Assembly: GCA_964304625.1 (NCBI GenBank) | Contig: OZ199840.1 | Location: 6,637,252-6,701,251 of the forward strand | Direction of reading: 5' to 3' | DNA from: Kudoa neothunni | Lineage: Eukaryota > Animalia > Cnidaria | DNA: 64,000 bases | In this document: piece after piece, positions 12,692 to 24,879 of the stretch | How the letters are laid out: each line of letters opens with the position of its first letter | Numbering within the stretch: the first letter of the stretch is position 1 | Program-made: the position numbers and the translations under genes | The notes under the pieces: model-generated | Database searches by the model: none | Told to the model about the DNA's origin: nothing | The model's input: the letters and a program-made list of their open reading frames with translations, nothing else

Positions 12692-13593
12692 CCCTCTAAC
12701 GAACTTGGGGTCTTTCTGACCTCAAAGTAGTTTTCAATTGATTATAATGTTACTTATTCTTTCAAAACACTTAAAATTCATTTTATTTCAATTAAATTAT
12801 GATATTTACAACTTATTAAACTTTGAAAAAATAATTAACAAAATTTTCGCAATGAAATGAAAAATTACACTCCAACGAACTTGGGATCTTTTGGACCCCA
12901 AGTTTTTATTTTAAGATAATTAATAAAAAAATATTTCAAAATGCCACAGAAATTTTGAGAAAAAGATGATTCACTGGGCAAGTTAATCCTCCCGAAGTCA
13001 ATTCAGCCAGCTAATATAACACTTTGTACAAGCTCGCTGAACGAAAAAATCAAACATGATAGATATTGCACGCTCAGAATGCAAGTTCATAGGCTTTTAA
13101 TCAATTTTAGATGTTTAAAATCAAACAGTATAATATTTATTATGTTTCTACTAACCATTACTTGTTAACAATCAAAGGATCTGAATGTAACTAAAACACC
13201 CGGTTCATATTGTTCCTAAGAAATCGAAATAATGGAATAAAGCTCTAAGAAAGTATTCTGCAAATGTTTACTCGCCAAAATGAGAAATAATAAACACATG
13301 ATGCATTAGTTATGATGATATTTTGGTCTGTTTAATTATTCGAGTAAGTTTAATCAATGTTCAAAGTAAAAATCTATTGGATTCGATATTCAAAAAATTT
13401 TTTTCTTTAATGTTTATTTTTCTCTATACTATGAAAGATTGTTGATTTATTTAAACGAAAATTTACGAAACGTTATATAAGCCTACCGAATAGGATTTTG
13501 TAGGATTAACTGGCTCAATGAATCACATTTTTCTTTAAATTCTGTCTATAGAAATTTCATAGAGTTCGTATGGCATTTTGAAATATTTTTTGA
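12692..13593. mobile_element. piggyBac-derived foldback/MITE with long internal inverted arms; right terminus missing
   Basis: TTAA|CCCTCTAACG left end. GGGGTC-N5-GACC-type palindromes at 12707 and 12882. Imperfect inverted arms ~12926-13056 versus ~13441-13592. Confidence 0.7.
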
Positions 13594-14372
13594 TTAACCC
13601 TCGCACACACATTGGGGAGCGAAAATGAGCCCAGCCCCTTTTATCAGCGATTTTCTCAAAATCTCTCTCACAGAATTTTAAGTAATTTTTCCAAATTTAT
13701 GTTAATATTTTATTAATTTAAAATATTTACTGAAATAAAAATAAAATGAATTTTAAACATTATAAAATCATCGAAACATGAAAGCTTCCGTTTCCCACAA
13801 TGGGGGTCATTTTTGACCCCCATCTTTTATTGGAAAATCTATGATAATTACTCTCTTAATTCTATGTATAATACCAAATAAAACTATTAAATATTCATTT
13901 AATTTTATGAATAAGTAAAATAATTTTGAAGAAGAGATAAATCTATGAGTTTTTAGTGCGTCACGTGATCACATAGATTCAAAATCAGATGAATTTTGGT
14001 CTGTTTTAGAGATGAAAATGAAATTCTATTGGATGACACTGATTCTGAGTTTAGCGACTATTTAATTGAAAATCCCACATCCTATTATGATGATTCGAAT
14101 GATGAAACAGAATTTAGCACTGAATTGATTGCCACGTTGACTTCGAAGGATGGAGAAAAGTGGTCTAAACAACCAACAAGAAGCCATCGAAGAATTGACG
14201 CGGAAAATATTTTTAAGTGCCAATCAGGCTTCAAACCATATGTGCTAAAACGATCGGATACCCCACTCATGGCATTTTTAAACTATTTTGACAGTGAAAT
14301 CCTTGATTTGATTGTTGAATGCACCAATCATCATATAAAAACCCATCGATCAAAATTAACTATGATTATTAA

Positions 14373-15883
14373 GATGGCGTCTATTTGCACTCCCTCGGTG
14401 CATGTGAGGAGGATTAAAGCATTATCTCTATATGTGCTTTTTCTCTTATATTAGTTGTTGCAGAAAACCACTAATAGCCAAAAATAATAAATAATATTTT
14501 TTCTACTCTTTTGTTATCAACACAGTTTTTTAACTGTTTTAGTCCTCCTTTTATTTTAATGGAACGAAAATTGAAATTATACGAATTGGAATTTTTTCCA
14601 TTTTGTTGATTTATGGAAAATGTGGTTTTATTCTCGTATTGATCTTTTTAATTTTTTGGGATCTTGTAAAATCCGTTGTATTGACTACCACCAAGTGTAT
14701 TTAATTGATCCAATATTTCAGAACATAATTGTTTGTTGTTTTTAAATTTTGATCTTAAATTAACATTGGTTGGTAAAACATTCAAGTTGATATTTTGTGG
14801 ATCGATACCGGGTGAGTTTATAGTTGTTGAAATATCGTCTTCTGTTATATTGCATACATCATTATTATCGACGAATGTATCATTGTTTGTATAAACCATC
14901 TTCCAATGCACATAGAATCAAAAGTCAAAATTAAAGATTTTACCTTTACAATTAAATGTTTTCATGAGAGAGAATATTGTTGAAAAAATGTACAATCAAG
15001 CTTGTATATATTATCTTGAAATGTAACCATTGCTGAACAAGAAAGAATGTGAAAAAAGAACATGTTTTTTAAGTTCCAAATTGATAATAATTTCAGATTT
15101 TAGTCTCTAATTCGATTTCATCAGCGGAAAAACTGGACAAACGATTTATAATTACCAAAATATCATCATCAACAATTTTGTTCTTCATGAGAATCAGAGC
15201 ATTTTTTTATAAATCATCACGATGGATGGGCTTACAGTCATTGAGCATTGAATGGACTTGGTGAATTAACGATGATTTTGGCAGAAATTTTTTATCTTGT
15301 CATTCTTTTGTTCAATCCTATTATTTGTATTTGAACCAAATGTCAGTGCATCGAGACAATGGACACGATTCCAAATATTTTGAATATTAATCCAGTTTTT
15401 TTCCAAATATTGAAAATTCATTGGATTTGTCGAATATAATTCATTCAAAATGAAGTAAAATGAGTCGGCACTTTCAGAATATATTAAATTTTATGATAAT
15501 TTTTTATAAGATTTTTTAAATTCTCAGATTAACAGAATCGTTTGTTGAATAAATCGCGGGCTTCTGAACTCATTACGCTCAAAACTAATAAACCTCACAA
15601 AGATATATTCACACGAGTTTTTCTTGTAATTATTATCTAACCATTTTTTAATTTATTATACATGGAAGTTGATATAAAATTGTTTTATGGAGTAAATATG
15701 ATTGTAATTTTTACGATAAATAATAATTGACGTACGGCTTTAAAAGTCAATTAAAAAAATATTATGTGGCGTTAACAGCTATTATTATTTGTTTGAAATG
15801 ACTAATATAAGAGTAAAGGCACATATAGAGATAATGCTTTAATCCTCTGCGCATGCACCGAGGGAGTGCAAATAGACACTATC
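14373..15883 (-). mobile_element. Internally deleted MULE/Mutator element
   Basis: ~90-bp TIRs (GATGGCGTCTATTTGCACTCCCTCGGTGCA... / ...TGCACCGAGGGAGTGCAAATAGACACTATC). Perfect 9-bp TSD GATTATTAA at 14364-14372 and 15884-15892. Remnant YLEKNW...GSNTNNRIE. Confidence 0.93.
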
Positions 15884-15892
15884 GATTATTAA

Positions 15893-17772
15893 CCCTCCGT
15901 CACACGCATGGGGTCCAATGGACCCCACGTGATTTCAATCTGCAAATAGCTATCGTTGTGTTTTTTATGGTAACACTAAAATTAAAATATTCCTGTTTTT
16001 TACGTTTTCTTCAAAATGAAAATAGGACATGGACTTTAGAAAATTTTTAAAAGATGATTTTGATGATTGTTATGATGAAAAAAGCAATGATTCAAGCTCT
16101 GATGTATCATCAAAAAGTAATATTATAGAATAAATAAATATTTCTTAAATAAGGGGTTTAGATGATAGCGAACATTGGTTATACTCCAAAAATTTTAAAT
16201 GGAGCTCAAAGCCTGTGGGATTATTTTCAAGAAAGAGAAAACACGACATTATAGCGGATAAACATGGAGTAAAAATTCCTGATGATGTGGAATCTGAGTC
16301 CCAAATTTGGAGTTTGTTTATCACTGAGAATATACTAACTGAAATATTGCAATGTACCAATTACTATCTTCGAAATATCCAACCAAATTACAAACAATCG
16401 CGAGTTTGTATGGCATTTGATATGTGTGAATTAAAAGCTTACATTGGTTTGCACTGCTTTCTTGGCGTGAAGAAAGCTAATCTTACTCATCTGAATGAAT
16501 TATGGGCAGATGACGACTTTGGTTTTCCAATTTGCAAAAAAATATTCAACCAGAATAGATTTTCCTTGTTAAAAACATGTCTACGTTTTGCAATCGGTTC
16601 AAGTAATTCAAATGAAAATAATCAAGATAGAATGTCCAAAATCAGAGATATTTTTAATCAAATAAATTCTAATTTCATAAAATATTATATATCCACCGAA
16701 TATTTGACGATCGATGAAATGCTTGGATCATTCCGGGGTCGCTGTATTTTTAAGCAGTATATGCCTTATAAGCCAGCGAAATATGGGATTAAGATTTTTA
16801 ACCTGTATGATTCTAAAACTTTTTACACCCTTAATCTTGAAGTTTACCTGGGAGCCCAGAATAGTGCCCCATAAAAGTTGATAACTCACGCCATAGTTTA
16901 GTTATGCGCCTGATTCAACCAATTCTGGGCTCAAGAGGAAACATCACTGTTGACAACTGGTTTACATCAGTTCCATTGTTTCAAGAATTATTAATGAATG
17001 GAATAACTGCTTGTGGTACCATTAGAAAAAACAAGGAAGAAATACCCCCTTAATTCCTGGCTTCAAAAACACGTGAACAATACTCATCTCTTGCATTTAC
17101 GAAAGATCTAACGTTAATGTCTTATGTCCCCAAAAGAAACAAAGCCGTTACACTGTTGAGTTCGTTTCACCACAAGTCAACCGTTGATTTGAACCATCCT
17201 AAAGAGCTACCAGAGATCGTCTCTTTTTACAATTCAACAAAAGGTGGAGTTGATACAATAGATCAAATGTGCGGGAACTACTCTACCTAGCGAATTACAA
17301 GAAGATGGCCTGTTGTCATATTTCATACACTTCTAGATATTGTAGCAATAAATGCATATGTTATATATTGCATGAAGGCCGATAAAATTATTCGTCGGAA
17401 GGAGTTTTTAAAGTCGTTGAGTGTGCAATTAATAGAGCCTCGGTTGATTAAAAAAGATTAATACATTGATAATTTTTTTAAACTTAAATTTAGTAGAAAT
17501 CCAAAAACCTGCCAATATGGAACCAAAAAGCTCTCTCGTTGACAGAGGAAGATGCTATTTATGCATCCGTCTACATGATAAAAAAACAAGGACAAGTTGT
17601 CAGACATGCTCAAAATTTGTCTGTAAAATGCATTTAAATATCATTCGCAATAACTGTTTAAAAAATAATTGATTTCCCTATTTATTAGTATTAAATCACT
17701 GTTTCTTTTTGATGGGGTCCAATGGACCCCATGCGTGTATCCGCGTAAAGTTTTTGCGCGTGAGACGGAGGG
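15893..17772 (+). mobile_element. piggyBac element B (decayed transposase with C-terminal cysteine-rich domain)
   Basis: TTAA|CCCTCCGTCACACGC ... GCGTGAGACGGAGGG|TTAA. TGGGGTCCAATGGACCCCA at both ends. TIDEMLGSFRGRC, VDNWFT, KGGVD, RGRCYLC..CQTC..VCKMH. Confidence 0.94.
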
Positions 17773-19069
17773 TTAAAGATGATCTAATGAAATATATTGG
17801 TGGCTGCATAATGATTGGTTTATTGAAGGGTAAAAATATGGATATTCGTGAATTCTGGTCATCAAAATATGGTCAACCTAAAATAAATTAGTCAGTCTCC
17901 ATTAATTTATTTGAAAAAATATCTTCGTGTATGCGGTTTGATAAAAGAGAATCCAGAATACAAGATGACAAATTGGCTCCCATAAGAGAAGTTTTTGAGC
18001 ACTCTATTGGAAATTGTCAAAAAAATTACACACCAAACGAACAAATGACTGTTGATGAGCAACTGGTGACATTTAGAGGGAGATGTGGTTTCAAAATGTA
18101 CATTCCAAATAAATCCGGACGGTATGGTGTTAAAATATGGGCTTTGTGCGACTCAAAGAATGCCTACCTATTCATTGCAAAGGTATATCTTGGAAAAGAA
18201 AATGATGAAGTACAGTTTAATAAAGGAGAAAATGTTGTGAAAACTTTATGTGAACCGATTTTTAAATTTGATCGAAATATCACAACATATAGTTTTTTTA
18301 TTACTCTTTCCCTCGCAAGATTTCTACTTGGCCAAAAATTGACAATTGTAGGAACTGTTCGAAAAAATAAAAAAATTTTGATACCAGAGTCTCAAATGTC
18401 GGAAGGAAACGAAGATAATAGTCAGTTCTTGTTTCAAGATAAAGTCACACTCGTCAAATACAACCCTAAGAAAAAAGATCGGCTGCCTTTTTGTAAACAA
18501 TCCACAAAGATGCGAATATTGATGAAGAAAGCCAAAAACCTGAAATTATATCTTATTATAATTCTACAAAAGGCGGAGTTGATACTCTTGATCAAGTAAG
18601 TAGCAAGATATTTTTCGGTAAAAAGAAAAACACGAAGGTGGCCAACGGCTCTTTTCTATACTTTGTTAGATATCGCTGCATATAATGCCTACTTGTTGTA
18701 TTGCTAAAATCATCCCGCATTCTTGAATAAATATAGAAAGCGATCCAGAAGAGAATTTTTAAAATTACTCTTTATCATCTAAAAGTCCCGAAACTGGCAT
18801 TCCATCTTTAAAAGATCTAAATCTTAAAAAACAATGCTAGAAAGTGGTGCCAAATCTGTATTCGTTTGAGGAGATTGAAAACGTCAGTGCAGTGCAAACT
18901 TCATAATAAAGGAGAAATAATTTGCATTGAATGTTTAAACTCAAATAATATCAATTCGAATTTTTGGAATTTTGAAAACGTTTTCATGTGTTGATTTTTT
19001 AGTGGTGGTCAAAAAATGACCACCATTGCGGATTAACGTAAGTTTTCTGCGCATGTGTACGAGGGTTAA

Positions 19070-21169
19070 AGAATATCAAAAACATTACCGGGTTTTGCAT
19101 CAAAATACGTACAAGGTTGCAATCAAATCCGGACACTATTTTTTTGTTGGATATTTAACGTATTAATGTCTTCTTTTGTTAATTCTAACGCATGATCAAG
19201 TATAAAGGTTTGATAATTATATCAATCAAAAAAATACGCGTCGTCAAATGTTAAAATGCAAAAATAAAAAAAACAGTATTTCAGTTGAACAATAAATAAC
19301 TATATTGACTTTAATCGCGTCCAATATCTTGGTAAGTATGACATCTTCCTAAGAATGTTTCGGCGTGCTGGAAATAATTTTTTAAATTTCGCTCCGTTAC
19401 ATTATTTGAGGAATTTTTCATCCTTTCCAGTAATTCGTTGGTTCCAGGCAAGGGTCCAGTTCTTCTCACGTTATTTTTTATTTGTGAGAATACCTCCTCG
19501 TATGGGTTTAAGAAGGGCGAATATCCTGGGAGATAATGAATTTCATATGGATATTCATCACAGAATTCGGCATTCGTGTAATTGAACCTAACTTTATCCA
19601 TCACAATGATGAATTCACCTTTCCCTAAAATATTCTTGAGTTTACCCAAGAACTCTTGAAAAAATTATGTGGTTGACACCGCCGAATACAGCTTCGCAGC
19701 TTACCACGTTTATTGCGTTAACAGCGAGTATCATGGTGACGTTTCTCCCCCTGCTATTTTGCACCACCGGGTTAGGTGTTGTTCGAACACGCGAACGTCC
19801 ATGAGAGCGTAATAAATGTAACGAGAAGGGGCTCTCATCCATAAAAATCAAATTTTTATAGCGCATATCAAGAGGCAGGCTCGTATACCAATTGGCATAA
19901 ATGTTGCGTTCTGATTTAACCTCGGCGCTATTTCTGCTTCTAGGTACAGGACGCGTCATTTTATAGGATATATTTAAGGCGTTTAGCCATCTCCGAACGG
20001 TTGATCTGTGTACCCTCAGATTTAACTTTTCTATGATCGGTTGCAATGTTATGGTACAATCATCATTAATTAAGTCTAATAGACTTTTCTTTAAATCCTC
20101 CGTCAAAGTAATATTTCTAGAACCTCCTTTGGGAGCTTTTAAAAACCTTTCTTCAACATCATAGGCTTTTATCATATCACTCACCGTCGAGCGAGGAACA
20201 TTTAGATCTCTGGCGGCCTGTGCCTGGGATTTACCTTTAAAAAACCACGGCGTCGATTACCATCTTTCGTCTCTCGTTACTATGTTCAGTTCTACCAGGC
20301 ATCGTTTCAACAATATTCAAACAACGTGGAGCAACAAACGAGGTTAATTACAATAATGTCCGAATTTGGATGCAAAACCCCGTACAAAACTTCTTTTATG
20401 CGTTGGATTTAGTAAACTATTGGCCCCAGATTACAATTCATTATGAAATCAATTGGTGTTTTTGAAACAGGTGGCTTAATTAAGCTCCAAACAATCCCAT
20501 TTTTTCCTTCAGCGGAGTTTTGGTTACATTCGATTTCTTAGCATTCGTCAGATGATTCTAGAAACTCAGACGAGCAGTCTTCGATTTCACTACCATATGA
20601 TTCGAACTCATCAACAAATTCCGAAAAATCACTGCTCATAGTTAGTTTTTAAAACAAGCCAACCACGCGCGTTTAATGACGCTATTTTTTAGGTTATCCG
20701 CCGCACTTTAATTTACTAATTAAAATACTTAAGAACCTTAATGATTATTGTTCGAATCGAATAAAACATGAGATTCTAAGAGTTAATTGCTCCCATACTA
20801 TAAATGTTCGCCCCTATAACCTGTGAGAATACATCGTCCCTCGTGTTTTAGATAATTCCGTAAAATTTTATTAAGATTCAATATTTAAATTGAAAATATA
20901 TCAATAGCTCGAATAACATTTATTAAATATGGATCAATTTATGTGAGAAGCAAGAGGAACCACGCACCGTGTAGATGACGAAACATCCGATGCAATGATG
21001 ATACCGTCCGAATAAGATTATGAAGGATTAATCTATGATATTGTTGAGATTTTCCTCCAATACCTCTCATTAGAATATAATATAATTTTACCGAACGTTT
21101 TATAATAATATTTAACTAAATTTATCAAAAAAAAACTGGGGTGAAATACACTCCAATGACGTTAGAGGG
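19070..21169 (-). mobile_element. 5' part of piggyBac element C, interrupted by the Tc1-like element
   Basis: CGTTAGAGGG|TTAA terminus at 21160-21173. Minus-strand acidic N-terminus from 20639, MSSDFSEFVDEFES...GKNGIVWSL...NLGP, similar to the ORF at 47871-48209. Confidence 0.75.
19088..20382 (-). mobile_element. IS630-Tc1-mariner element, near full length, two frameshifts
   Basis: TA|CCGGGTTTTGCATC ... GATGCAAAACCCCG|TA. HTH from ATG 20302 (QAARDLNVPRSTVSD); IFMDES, IVMD, YSPFLNPYEE catalytic motifs. Confidence 0.93.
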
Positions 21170-22279
21170 TTAAGAGTATAATTAAAGGACGTTAAGTATT
21201 TGCCAAAAACGTAATATCCACCGTTTTCTCTCTGTTTCTCTTAATGTTTCTAGAAGACTCTTAATTTAAAATTCGTAGCGTTTTGCCATTGTATACGCTA
21301 GAAGATGAATTTTTGACATACATCATCCATTTGTTAATCCCCGGTTATATCACGTTAATCTCTGTTCTTGATATGAGTATCGCAGTTCATCATTCATTTC
21401 ATGATCACGTGGCATTTTAACCTTTTTTTAATTGAGAAGAGAATTTTATTTTGAAATCAATACATTAAGTGCCGGTAAATATCTATTTTTCTATAAAATG
21501 ATAAATGCGCATGCGGTTTCCAGTATACTCTGGTACGTGAGGCATATTACCCTCAGTACATAACTGTATATTCGTGTTAAGGTTTTTAATGATCCCCTGA
21601 GAAATATAATAAATATTTTAATTTTGTGTATGAACTAGTAACTGTATTTATTATTTATTAATCATTTACTCCAAACCATTAATGACTATCCTTATTGTCT
21701 CATTGGATGTAAGCGGATCTAAATACCCGAAGCATTAACTGCGCTCGATGCCAAAAAATTATGTGATAATCAAAAGATTTTACTCCTATGTATCGACTTA
21801 TATCATTTATGGAATTTGATAGAATAAATTATTGTTCTTTTCAACCCATGATCTATTTCTAATTCTAAATGCCAAGGTTAAGACCTGATAAAGGTTTATG
21901 CATAATGAATAATATATTTATATTCGATTAACACTACCTGCTATAGTAGATTTGAAGATGCATAAACAAAATTTCCTTGGAAACACTCACTATAGTGCGT
22001 ATTACCAATTGAATAGGGAATAGTTATAACTGGCTCATCGTTGAAGATATTTTTTACAGAAAACCTCCACATATTGCACTAAACCTTTATCGGAGTATAA
22101 TCACGATGTATTGTTCGGTTACATATTTTGTATAAAGAGGTGTAGATTTAATTGTTAATTTATAGTGAGGGTTGCAGGAAAAATAGATTTTGAACCATAA
22201 ATCGCATTAATTATTTTCCGAAGAAATATAAAAAAAAGCGATACTTTAATTCCAATTTCTGTTTATTTAATCTGGCCCA

Positions 22280-23868
22280 ATGACTTTACTTGACCATATT
22301 GATTTGGTAGAGGAAAAATTTTCTTATTTCTATGATGCGATGAAACCTTTTCCTGATTGTCTATACCAATACATCGAAGACTGTAAGGTGTATGGCGTGC
22401 CTCCACTGCGATACTTTACAACTGTCTTGTTGTTGACTTTTGTTATGCATTCAATTAGAAGTTTTTTCAATAAACAAGTTTTTCAAGTAGCTCTCCTTGG
22501 CATATCATTATGTGAACATTTTTATGGTACTAATAATTTTATACACGTAGAAAATGTGTCATAATTTAAATATACTGCCAAAAAATGCGAGGAAAGTTCA
22601 AGATTCCTTGTGGAAAGTTGTGTACTATGTGCATTTTTGGAGTTATTGCTATTATGTTGTTTCGAAAAATGAAATAGTTGAAAAAAAACCTTTTGATTGC
22701 AGGTAATAGTCACTTTTTATTGGAATATACTATCAAAATTATAATATTTGGTTGTAACAATGCGTATAATTACAAAGCTATAAACACTCCTAGTCATAGT
22801 AATATTTGTTCAATAAATATTCAGCTTTAATTATATTAATGTAATGAGTTTTAAAATAAAATTATTTCAAAAGCCTGATTAAAGAACATGACATATATGT
22901 TTTTATCTGTAAGAATTTTACTAGTCGCCAACAAAAACTACAATAGTACTTTTCTGAACCCGCTATATTGTTAAATCTTTATAGTGGATCGCCAATTTCT
23001 TGACCCACACATTTTGTTGGTGTGTACCTTTCACACAAAATAATAAATGTTTTTATTATAATACTTTATTATGAAAACCATTGTATTCACATGTATCAAT
23101 TTATTATTCAATTGATTTATCTAGATGTTATCCCATCTGATATTTATTCGTTGTATTGTATATGTGGAACGTTTTATCTTTATTCTATATATACCACATT
23201 CTTTTTGGATTATTGGAGGTCCGATTCAGGGTTATTGGTTATTCATCATCTGGTTACCCTTAATTTATTGACCATCTCGTTAAATATAAAGTAATCGCTA
23301 TTGTCTAATCTCCACATAGCATATTCATTCCACAAATTTGTCAATATCCACAATGAATCATTTAGGGCTGTTTATATGGGAGCATGGGTTCTGTATACAG
23401 TGGAGATAAATGATATTTTCCTTGAGTTGGCGAAATCTTTGAAATATTTCTCACAAGGAGAAAATAACTATAGGGAACTTTTTGACAAGCTTGCCCACAT
23501 AAGTTTTTTCTTTTTTATTGCTTTATGGTAGATTATTCTATTTGAATTTCCGCTGTATATTTCATTATATTCATTTTAGGTTGTATATGCGAATATACAA
23601 ATTTTACACTGATGGACTAATCCGCCTTCTAAATTCTGTACCTGATGTTTTTAGCCCTACTCTACCAATGTCACTTACCGCCTTCTTCTATCTGGTTTTC
23701 CTCTTTTTGATGTTCCTATATTGGACTAGTATTATGATAAAAGTTTTAATTAACAGTGCTCTGGGTGATTTTCATTTAATATGCATATATGTATATATAT
23801 ACTGTGTTTTTTTAGGCAAAAGTGAAATTAAAGATGTAAGGGAAGATGTCGACAATGACACCAATTAA
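22280..23868 (+). CDS. Ceramide synthase (TLC/Lag1 domain), CerS1-like, about 8 exons
   Basis: RKVQDSLWK, IYTTFFLDYWRSDS..VIHHLVTL...G...TVEINDIFLELAK and C-terminal KDVRED match the Lag1p motif and CerS1 context. No Hox-like domain. Middle exons 22914-22945 and 22985-23023 are less certain. Confidence 0.88.
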
Positions 23869-24879
23869 CCCCTTAATTAAACATATTTTTCGGCTTCGTT
23901 ATGTTTTACTCTTTGATTTTAAATTCTTTTTTGTCTTTACTATGGAAATTTTCATATTTCTTTTTGTCTAATTCATCCTCAAACATACAGGGAAGGTTGC
24001 ATCTCCCTAAATAACAACAATAAAGTTAACGACAAGTAACCTCCCCGAATCACCCAAAATCAAACTACGATTTATTTCTATTTTGTAGTATTTGTTCTTT
24101 CCTAGCAGTCCTAATGTTATTAAAACTTTTTTATTGGGTTTGTCTAATATTAACTCATAAAATTTGAATGAAAGTTTCATTCTACCTATTTTCAGTAATA
24201 TATTTTTTTGTTAATCTTATTAAAAATTGGAGAAATTTCTAGGCTTACAAATACATTTTAAATGTTTAAATTCGTTTTTCATGTTAATTTATGACATAAT
24301 CACAATTTTTTTTATACAAATAAGGGGCTTTTTTGCGAATTAGTGAATAAATTTTGATGGGAGATAAATGTTGAGCGCGTAAACCTCGTCACAAGAATCC
24401 AGAAAATATTTTTCATATAGAAATATACTATAATTCTTTATATCAACAAATAACATTGAGTGTTATCGATTATAACAGTTAATTTCATGACGTCTAAAAT
24501 AAGACCGGGAGCGTCGAAAAGATATTTCGATAAATTTTTTCAATTCTATCAACCATTACTTCACAGGTTAATATGCAAGGTAGAGCAGCTGTGATTATAA
24601 CGGTTTTGTTAGACTCTCTTCTATTCTTAAAAATAATCATGTGAGTCTCTTCTTTAAGTCCACTCATGATTCCTCATCACAATAGGATGGTTAACTTTAA
24701 TCTGCAGTTTAGAAAATTCTCAAGTCTAATAACAAAAAAGATTTAATTTTTTAATACCCATAAATAATTATCTTGTCATATAGCAGCAAAATTACTATTG
24801 AAGATAAAGTGGCCGCATGGATTTTTTATACAATTCATCGTTTTAACCATCGCCAAATTGAGGTATGATTTTTATGTTT

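Larger units (their letters stand above)
13598..19065 (+). mobile_element. piggyBac element A (decayed transposase) hosting a MULE and piggyBac B
   Basis: TTAA|CCCTCGCACACA ... TGTGTACGAGGG|TTAA. Reading frame ...KLTMII|KDDLMKYIG is continuous once 14373-17776 is removed. TVDEQLVTFRGRC and KGGVD motifs at 17931-18600. Confidence 0.92.

Noticed and set aside
19088-20382. Bacterial IS630 or contaminating prokaryotic DNA
   Set aside because: Inserted at TA within a eukaryotic piggyBac, among intron-containing genes, with no operon context.
12692-21169. One giant outer piggyBac bounded by the two CCCTCTAACG ends
   Set aside because: The ends diverge after 10 bp, and the left part has its own internal mirror symmetry that stops at 13593. 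Two separate elements fit better, though this is not fully excluded.
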